Of a stretch of DNA of 64,000 bases, positions 54,400-64,000 are shown one piece after another. The notes beneath the pieces are model-generated. The model was not told where the DNA came from. It saw nothing but the letters and a program-made list of their open reading frames with translations, and made no database searches. The stretch is from Octopus vulgaris (Eukaryota), in the NCBI GenBank assembly GCA_951406725.2, contig OX597830.1:12152001-12216000 (forward strand), read 5' to 3'. Within the stretch, counting starts at the first letter, position 1; each line of letters starts with the position of its first letter. The position numbers were made by a program, and so were the translations under genes.

Positions 54400-55195
54400 A
54401 ACAGCAGGTGAATTCAAAGAGATAAGAAACAACATGAAAAGAAATGAAGCTGCATGGTCAATTCATGCAACAAACCGGTTTTCATTGGCGGGTGAGAATT
54501 TGAAACAAGAAGCAGAAACTCTAATTATATTCGCTCGGGAACAAGCCCTTAAAACAAATCTGATAACGGCAAAGATCGACAAACCTCAGCCAGACAGCAA
54601 ATATAGAATCTGTAGGAAAGCAGACGAAAGTATCAATCGCATTTTGAATGAGTGCTGTATACTAGCATAAAGGGAGTATAAGCGCAGATATGACAGCATA
54701 GGCAAGAGTGCATTGGGATGTTAGCGAGTGTATGGCTTCAAAACAACAGAAAGGTGGTATGAACACGAAACATGAACTAGGGGTTGTGATAGAAAATGAA
54801 AATTACAAGCTATTGTGGGATTTTGCCATAAAGGTAGACCATACTATTGAGGCAAGAAGACAAAATAAACTATGTAAGATCATTGATTTTGCAATTCCCT
54901 TTAATAAGAGTCGATTCCAAAGAAACTGAAAAAATTGAGTAATGTTCGGATCTAGCCAGAGAGCAGAGGAGACTGGGATACCAAGAGAACAATTATTCTT
55001 GTAGTAATTGGCATACTTGACACAACACCCAAAATACTACCTGAAAGACTGAAAGAAATTGGAAGGAGACTCGTATTGTCGACCTGCAGAAAAAAGTATC
55101 ATCCTATATTCTGCAAGAAGGATTTTCGAGATTGAGAAGACTTGCTACTAAACCTCATGATAAAATAATCGCTGGTTAAATTAGCATGCACTAGC

Positions 55196-55242
<47 letters not shown>
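54400..55242 (+). mobile_element. R4/Dong-clade non-LTR 3' fragment ending in (TAA)n
   Basis: LKQEAETLIIFAREQALKTN...RICRKADESINRILNEC..LA.REYKRRYD...VIENENYKLLWDF; (TAA)n tail. Confidence 0.75.
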
Positions 55243-55244
<2 letters not shown>

Positions 55245-55469
55245 GAAGAATCCTACGCAAAATACTTTCTATGTAATCTCAAGTTTTAAAACAAACATAA
55301 TTTTCGTATGGTTTTTTTTAGACAATCACTAGTACAACACTAAATACAAAAAACCAAATATATGGCACACTAGGCATAACAACATGAACTTCCAACCTGT
55401 TGTCTCTTGCGGTCTCTGGGTGAGACTTGGAGCCAGCTTGTACAAATGTAAAGCAAAAGTCAAACATAG

Positions 55470-55523
<54 letters not shown>

Positions 55524-55525
55524 CA

Positions 55526-55558
<33 letters not shown>

Positions 55559-55879
55559 CAGCAGTACCATGTTTTTTTAAAAAAAGCACTGGGATCGAAT
55601 CGTTTGACTGAAAACCCATCAAGATGGTGTCCTAGCATGGCTGCAGTTCAATGACTAAAATGCATAAAAGATGCTTATGTGTACGCGTGAGTGCGTGAAT
55701 GCTTGCATACGTGTGCATATGTGAACGTGTATGTGTCTAGGCATGTGTGGGTGTGTGTATTCGTATGCACACTGTTTCTATATGCATACGTACATAATCA
55801 CAGCACTTACGTTAATGTGTGTGTGTGAGTGTGCGTAGGTATGCATACAAATCTTCCCATTATTTTAATTTTTTTGCAT

Positions 55880-56271
55880 TTTTTTTACTTGTTTCAGTCA
55901 TTTGACTGCGGCCATGCTGGAGCACCGCCTTTAGTCGATCAAATCGACCCCCGGGACTTATTCTTTTTGCAAGCCCAGTACTTATTCTATCGGTCTCTTT
56001 TGCCGAATCGCTAAGTGACGGGGACGTAAACACACCAGCATCGGTTGTCAAGCAATGCTAGGGGGACAAACACAAGCACACACACGCATATATATATATA
56101 CATATATACGATGGGTTTCTTTCAGTTTCCGTCTACCAAATCCACTCACAAGGCATTGGTCGGCCTAAGGCTATAGTAGAAGACACTTGCCCAAGGTGCC
56201 ACGCATTGGGACTGAACCCGGAACCATGTGGTTGGTAAACAAGCTACTTACCACACAGCCACTCCTGCGCC
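55880..56271 (-). mobile_element. SINE family A
   Basis: Reverse complement match to family A. Confidence 0.9.
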
Positions 56272-56454
56272 TATTTGTTTATTTATTTATTCATTCATTA
56301 GCCACGTGACAATGTAATTGTTCTTATAGTTTGTTCCAGAACGATCTAGAGAAATGCTATCACTGGTATATAAATGTAATTCCTTGATTTCGAACCGTTT
56401 GATAGGTGCCAAGGAACGAAAATCTCGGCCCTTAGCTCATTCTATCTTCTACCG

Positions 56455-56457
<3 letters not shown>

Positions 56458-56512
<55 letters not shown>

Positions 56513-57099
56513 CCACCTCCAGTGCTTGAAAATGACCACATCTCACTCCTCTGGAACTTCACCATTTAAACTGACAGAAAGATAGATGCAAACAGGCCAG
56601 ACATCATATTGAAAGACTTCAGATAAAGAACTTGCCTCCTCATTGATATGACTGTCCCAATTGATATAAACGTATCTGTCAAGACCTACCAAAAACTGAG
56701 CAAATATAAAGATCTCGAAATAGAAATCAGCAAAATGTGGAACCTGAAGACTGAAACAATACCTGTTGTCATAAGTGCCCTGGGAATGATAGCAAAAGGG
56801 GCTGATTGCTACCTAACTCAGATACCAGGAAACCCCAAAATGGCAGAAATTCAAAAGATAGTGCTCATGGGAACTGCTCATACCCTACGCAAAATACTTT
56901 CTATGTAATCTCAAGTTTTAAAACAAACATAATATTCGTATGTTTTTTTTTTAGACATTCACTAGTACAACACTAAATACAAAACCAAATATATGGCACA
57001 CTAGGCATAACAACATGAACTTCCAGCCTGTTGTCTCTTGAGGTCTCTGGGTGAGACTTGGAGTCAACTTGTATAAATATAAAGCAAAAGTCAAACATA

Positions 57100-57154
<55 letters not shown>

Positions 57155-57380
57155 TATTCAGACAAATACATAACAAAAACACCAGGACTTACAAACACAT
57201 ATAACATACAGAAAATTGCACTATTAGGCACTGCACACATCCTACGCAGAACACTTTCCATACAATAACCATCAGAGCATCACAACAAATCACAGCACAT
57301 ACCCAAGGCACACAGAGCTGCGCTCGGTAGTGAAGTGAAAGCACGCTATAAAAATAAAACTACTGAATAATAATAATAAT
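56458..57380 (+). mobile_element. Two R4/Dong-clade 3' fragments separated and flanked by (TAA)n; the same 3' UTR recurs at 55250-55520
   Basis: VLENDHISLLWNFTI*TDRKIDANRPDII...LIDMTVP...KLSKYKDLEIEI..MW...IPVVISALG...IQKIVLMGTAHTLRKILSM*; second fragment IQKIALLGTAHILRRTLS. Confidence 0.85.
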
Positions 57381-57381
57381 A

Positions 57382-58428
57382 ATCCTTTCTACTACAGGCA
57401 CAAAGCTTGGAATTTGGGGTTGGGAGCTAATCGATTACAACCTCAGGGCTCAACTGGTACTTATTTTATCGACCACGAAAGGATGAAAAGCAATGTTGAC
57501 CTCGGTGGAATTTGGACTCAGAACGTATCAACGGGCGAAATACCGCTAAGCATTTCGCACAACGAGCTAACGATTCTGCTAGCTCGTCGCCTTGATAATA
57601 ATAATAATAAGTCTTTCTACTATAGGCACAAGGCCTGACATTTTGGGGGAGGGATTAAGACGATTAGATCGATCCCATTACTAAACTGGTACTTAATTTA
57701 TCGACCCCGAAAGGATGAAAAGTCAAGTTGACCTTGACGGAACTTGAACTTAGAACGTAGCAACGGGAGAAATATCGCTAAGCATTTTGCCCGGCGCGCT
57801 AACGATTCTGCCAGCTCACCGCCTTTATAGTTGGAAATCATGGTTTCAAAGTTTGGAGCAAGGCCAGCAATTTTGGGTGAGGGAGTAAGTCCATTACATC
57901 GACGCTAGTGCTCAACTAGTATTAATTTATCGACCCCCAAAAGGATGAAAAGCAAATTGATCTCGGTGGAATTTGAACTCAGAACGGAAAGATGGTCGAA
58001 ATACCTATTTCTTTATTACCCAAAAGGGGCTAAACATAGAAGGGACAAACAAGGACAGACATAGGTATTAAGTCGATTACATCGACCCCACTGCGTAACT
58101 GGTACTTAATTTTTCGACCGACCCCGAAAGGATGAAAGGCAAAGTCGACCTCGGCGGAATTTGAACTCAGAACGTTGCGGCAGACGAAATACGTATTTCT
58201 TTACTACCCACAAGGAGCTAAACACAGAGCGGACAAACAAGGACAGACATACGGATTAAGTCGATTATATCGACCCCAGTGCGTAACTGGTACTTAATTT
58301 ATCGACCGACCCCGAAAGGATGAAAGGCAAAGTCGACCTCAGCGGAATTTGAAATCAGAACGTAGCGGCAGACGAAATACGGCTGCGCATTTCGCCCGGC
58401 GTGCTAACGTTTCTGCCTGCTCGCCGCC
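57382..58428 (-). mobile_element. Head-to-tail array of five family-B SINEs (two subtypes)
   Basis: Five successive aaggatgaaa.g..aa.t.gacct cores at about 57480, 57710, 57940, 58130 and 58315, all in the same orientation. Confidence 0.85.
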
Positions 58429-59324
58429 TGGTTATAATAAAACTAGAAACACATAAACACTTCAGAGTGCATCGTAAAAGTATACAGCACCTCCAAATAG
58501 AAGCATCATGCAAAATAATGGCGGTTCTCTATTTAATAAGTCACTTGATATTATTGCTGCTGATGTATAAGTTCAGGATCAGCACGAAACAAGATATCTG
58601 AAACCTTCATACCAATTAACATAGCAACTTTAACACGGTCCTATTTATACACCAGGGCAATGCATTCTCCTTTTGTTTTCTTTCTCATTGATTTCTAAGG
58701 AACTTGGGATTTGCCTTTAGAATTTTTAAGATAAGAAGGGAGTAACCATTCAAAGGGAACTGTGCTGTTAATATGCAAAGAATGACAGGTAATTCAATCT
58801 GAATCTAACGTGAATACCTTTTAGTAACACGCACATACACACCAACAACATTTTATTAATGTAATAATACTTTGTCTTAAATCCGGTCATTCATATTTCA
58901 CTTGATTATTTTCTTAGATAATTTATATCAGATTATAATTTTTGAGATTATTCTAATTATTTTCCAACAAGTACTAGTGATTCTAATCGCTTTCATTGTT
59001 GATTTTGCTGCTGTCGTTAAAATTATTCATGTTAAGCAATAAGCACAGTGGAAGAAATGTTTTCTCCTCGCTACATTTCAGCAATCCACCAGGCTAAATA
59101 TATTCTGACATTTAACAGTTGATGAAATATGTACATTCACAAAGTGATAAAATCCTGTTAAATAGCACCGCAAAATGAAATGTTGCTTTGTTCTGTTTTC
59201 TGTGAAACACACTTGCTATTCCCCTCCCATTGCTTAGAATGTGTTAATATTTCACTAAACAGAAATATGGGTTTATCATCTTCATTTATTGCTTAAACTA
59301 TATTAAGGTGTGTGGGGGGGGGGG

Positions 59325-59553
59325 GAGGCGAGCTGGCAGAATCGTTAGCACGCCGGGCGAAATGCGTAGCTGTATTTCGTTTGCTGTTACGTTCTGGGTT
59401 CAAATTCCGCCGAGGTTGACTTTGCCTTTCATCCTTTCGGGGTCGATAAATTAAGTACCAGTTACGCACTGGGGTCGATGTAATCGACTTAATCCCATGT
59501 CTGTCCTTGTTTGTCCCCTCTATGTTTAGCCCCTTGTGGGTAATAAGGAAATA
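59325..59553 (+). mobile_element. SINE family B
   Basis: Direct match to family B. Confidence 0.85.
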
Positions 59554-59644
59554 TATATGAAGGTGGGGAGCTTAAGCAACCAGAGAAGACTCTGAGAAAT
59601 GGAATATGATTAAAAGAGCGAGCGGCAGCTGAAGAGGAAAGATT

Positions 59645-59889
59645 TTGGATCTCTTCAGTTTCGATCACCGATTTTAAAATTATTTTTTAAAACTAAACAG
59701 TTTGAAACTTCGTATACTGGTGTAATTTCTCACGATAAACACGGTTTACTTTCTACATTTTTGACAAAAGTTCGTATTTTGGAAGTTATTTCGTGTTAAA
59801 GTTGTATTTTGGTAATTTTAACCAAGCAACGGCATATTTAGTAAAAGAAAAATAATTAAAAATCTGTGATCGAAACTAAAGAAATCCAA
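59645..59889. mobile_element. MITE-like element with TIRs of about 31 bp or more
   Basis: ttggatctcttcagtttcgatcaccgatttt versus aaaatctgtgatcgaaactaaagaaatccaa (3 mismatches). Confidence 0.6.
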
Positions 59890-59961
59890 GATTTCGAATA
59901 TTACCCAAGTCTGAAATAACAGAGTAGTAAATAGTTAATTCTATATGGTCTTGTTTTGATT

Positions 59962-60371
59962 TACTCTTTTACTCTTTTACTTGTTTCAGTCATTTGACTG
60001 CGGCCATACTGGAGCATTGCCTTTAATCGAGCAAATAGACCCCAGGACTTATTCTTTTGTAAGCCCAGTACTTATTCTATCGGTCTCTTTTGCCGAACCG
60101 CTAAGTAACGGGGACATAAACACATCAGCATCGGTTGTCAAGCAATGCTAGGGGGACAAACACAGACACACAACCACACACATACATACATATATATATA
60201 CATATATACGACAGGCTTCTTTCAGTTTCCGTCTACCAAATCCACTCACAAGGCTTTGGTCGGCCCGAGGCTATAGTAGAAGACACTTGCCCAAGGTGCC
60301 ACGCAGTGGGACTGAACCCGGAACCATGTGGTTGGTAAACAAGCTACTTACCACTTAGCCACTCCTGTGCC
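59962..60371 (-). mobile_element. SINE family A
   Basis: Reverse complement match to family A. Confidence 0.9.
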
Positions 60372-61028
60372 TATTAGTGGTTTTTAGGAGTTTGATCATT
60401 TTGTATTTACTACTCAAGTTAGTTCTTCTTGCATTGTTTTTTTAAAATTGTTTTTAAAAGTTAAAAAATTAAAATTATTTTTTAATTAAATTATTTCTTA
60501 ATTTTCAATTTGATTTTTAAGAAATTGTGGGTATTTTGATTTTGGTTCATCTGTGATTGTGAGACGGTGGATTTTTACATTTAATTAATTTAATTATTTT
60601 ACTATCGTTTTGATATTTCTATATCTATTTATTGACTGACCCCATGCCGCTTATAATTGATGGATAATTGTTATCTAAACAAGGTTACATAATGAAGTAT
60701 AGAATAATCACAGATACAAGTATTCACATATTTCTCAAGCACACACATACATACACATATTCAAACAGAAACTGAAATGATGTCAGTTTTTCTTTTCAGA
60801 GTTGTACGCTTCCATTACGCACACACACACTCACACATTCGCACACACACACACACACACACGGACACACTCACACACGCACACTCACACACGCACAAGC
60901 ATCACACACAAACATTCACATACTCCCCTTTTTCAAACACACACACACATATACACATATACTCACACATACTCATACACAAACAGAATTGAAATGATGT
61001 CAGTTTTTATTTTCAGAGTTATACGTTT

Positions 61029-61425
61029 AGGAGTGGCTGTGTGGTAAGTAGCTTGCCTACCAACCACATGGTTCCGGGTTCAGTCCCACTGCGTGGGATC
61101 TTGGGCAAGTGTCTTCTGCTATAGCCTCGGGCCGACCAAAGCCTTGTGAGTGGATTTGGTAGGCGGACACTGAAAGAAGCCTGTCGTATATATGTATATA
61201 TGTGTATGTATGTGTATGTATATGTTTGTGTGTCTGTGTTTGTCCCTCTAGCTGTCCGATGCTGGTGTGTTTACGTCCCCGTAACTTAGCGGTTCGGCAA
61301 AAGAGACCGATAGAATAAGTACTGGGCTTACAAAGAATAAGTCCCGGGGTCGATTTGCTCGACTAAAGGCGGTGCTCCAGCATGGCCGCTGTCAAATGAC
61401 TGAAACAAGTAAAAGAGTAAAAGAG
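61029..61425 (+). mobile_element. SINE family A, inserted in the second unit of a ~220-bp tandem duplication (60765-61550)
   Basis: Match to family A; gaaatgatgtcagttttt..ttttcagagtt occurs at about 60775 and 60990. Confidence 0.85.
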
Positions 61426-61800
61426 TGTGAGTGTCCATTACACACGCACACTCACACATTCACACACAAACACACAGACACGCGAACGCATACACACAAC
61501 AACAAACATTCACATAGCCCCCTTTTCATACACACACATATACACATATTATCACACCGAGTCAAATGGTTGTTTCTCATTCATATGTTGAGAAAACAAG
61601 ATACACTCCGCGTTCTTCTTTCTCAAACGGTTATTACTTTCTCACTCTTTCACTCTCCACCTCTCCTTCACCGTATTACTATTTTCTCTCCTCTCCCTTC
61701 ACTGATACTACTCTTTCTCTTTTTCTGTTCTACTGTTTTACTTGTAGAAGGCTATTTTGTAAACAAAAGAATTGCATTTTCTTTTTATTTTATCTCTATA

Positions 61801-62200
61801 CTAGCAGTATCGCCCGGCGTGGCTCGGGTTTGTAAGGGAAATAACTATATAAGCATTTTTAGTGAGTTATAGCCAAAAATAGGAAAAAAATGCATTAAAA
61901 ATGGAAAAAAAATGATGGTAAATTTTTTTTTAAATCGTTGACTCATCGTAGACATTTTTAGAGAGTTGCTTCCCTTATATAATAGCGAAAAAATGCATTA
62001 AAATGGAAAAAAATGATGGTAAATGTATTTTTAAATCGTAGACTCATCGTAGACGCGCGTTAATACCCAGAAGAGCTCGATATGAATCACGACTATAAGA
62101 TACCCGATTTTGGTTAAACTTCACCGCAAAATGTGGGAGTAGTTAGGAATCTAAATCGTAGGAGACAGACAGCACACAACCTCACTTTTATATATAAAGA
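61801..62200 (-). mobile_element. Non-autonomous Helitron
   Basis: Minus strand A|TCTTTATATATAAA ... CCCGAGCCACGCCGGG hairpin-like ... CTAG|T; inserted between A and T; internal tandem subrepeat of about 100 bp. Confidence 0.8.
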
Positions 62201-62384
62201 TTACCATATTATCAAGTTTGAATTAGAACATTTATTACTTTTTAGTGGATAATATATCGGTTTGTAGTTATTAATTTTTAATTTTGAGTAGATAACACTA
62301 TTATTTTAGTGGTTAAATTTTTTTCACTAATTTATTTGCCTTTTCTAGATATCGTGAAATAGAATGTTAATAAAACGCTGGAGT

Positions 62385-62920
<536 letters not shown>

Positions 62921-63015
62921 TTCAGCAACATTTAGATTCAAATGAATATAGTACTTAAGTTGATGCACCAGGATTTTGTATGGTGTTATCCATATAAATC
63001 AAATGGGATGATTAT

Positions 63016-63145
63016 AATCAAAATAAGCAACAAGAATAACTTCGGTAATTAAAACTGCTGTAATACTTACAATGTTTAGTAAAATGATGTAGCGTGAAAC
63101 GATCGTACCAAATTACCGAAGATATTCTTGCTGCTTATTTTGATT
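63016..63145. repeat. 35-bp inverted repeat (2 mismatches) with 60-nt spacer
   Basis: aatcaaaataagcaacaagaataacttcggtaatt and aattaccgaagatattcttgctgcttattttgatt. Confidence 0.85.
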
Positions 63146-63157
63146 TGTATATATATA

Positions 63158-63553
63158 CTAGCAGTATCGCCCGGCGTTGCTCGGGTTTGTAAGGGAAATA
63201 ACTATATAAGCATTTTTAGAGAGTTATAGTAAAAAATTAGCAAAAAATGCATTAAAAATGGAAAAAAAAATTATGGTAAATTTTTTTTTAAATCGTTGAC
63301 TCATCGTAGACATTTTTAGAGAGTTACTTCCCTTATACAATAGCGAAAAAGTGCATTAAAATGGAAAAAAATTATGGTAAATTTTTTAAAAAATCATAGA
63401 CTCATCGTAGACGCACGCTAATACCCAGAAGGGCTCGATATGAATCACGACTATAAGATACCCGGTTTTGGTTAAACTGCACCGCAAAATATGGGAGTAG
63501 TTAGGAATCTAAATCGTAGGAGACAGACACACAACTTGACTTTTATATATAAG
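63158..63553 (-). mobile_element. Second copy of the same non-autonomous Helitron
   Basis: Near-identical to 61801-62200. Confidence 0.8.
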
Positions 63554-63852
63554 CATGATTCGTTCCCGTTTTGAATATCTGGTGTTCTAGTTATCTTTCA
63601 TTCTATTATTAACTGTTCGTTCCCGTTAGGGCTGTGAAAAGTCCTTGTATATTTGTGTTGGTCGTAATTATTCATACCAGTATTTAATTCCCAAACGGAG
63701 AATCTAATTTTTATTTCATTAAGAGTTTTTCGTTTTTGTCTTTGGAACTAATGAGACTCCGAAACAATTTGGGGAATGTATATTGGTTCTGTGCCAACCT
63801 GAATTATAAATTAACCTTCGTCTACAACCACAATTTTTCCTTTCCTTATACT

Positions 63853-63929
<77 letters not shown>

Positions 63930-64000
63930 CAAAAACAAAAGTAGATATATATATACAAAATAAACAGATGTATTATATGCTCAGAATAGAATATATATAT

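Noticed and set aside
57382-58428. Regularly spaced repeats that superficially resemble a CRISPR array
   Set aside because: The units are ~200-bp SINE copies in eukaryotic DNA, with no unique spacers and no cas genes.

Overview
AT-rich, microsatellite- and retroposon-laden animal DNA. The SINE families and composition point to an octopus or other coleoid cephalopod genome (inference). Nearly all ORFs in the supplied track are microsatellite or transposon artefacts. The host-gene content is the 3' end of a + strand poly(rC)-binding protein gene (PCBP/hnRNP E, Drosophila mub-like); its KH-domain exons lie upstream of the window. It appears as several alternative terminal exons that all enter in phase 2. 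Two are recognisable: 26079-26331 (SMEMHKNL...KVERAKFAPY*) and 27584-27620 (RITTEVCGMGIR*). Further candidates lie at 7778, 27556, 35953 and 37171. The most notable observation is a set of long-range (8-11 kb) RNA complementarities, found by eye, that link sequences around the 26 kb and 27.6 kb exons to sites at 36.1 kb and 37.2 kb. Several partners compete for the same site, which resembles docking-site/selector control of exon choice. Other notable items: an in-frame UGA-C followed by 72 open codons in the 7.8 kb candidate exon, an 8-nt microexon or recursive splice site candidate, a Penelope-type hammerhead ribozyme plus two variant-core copies, and several long hairpins. Mobile DNA includes at least five SINE families; Penelope, CRE, RTE/BovB, Tx1/L1 and R4/Dong remnants; a mariner remnant; TTAA MITEs; and non-autonomous Helitrons.
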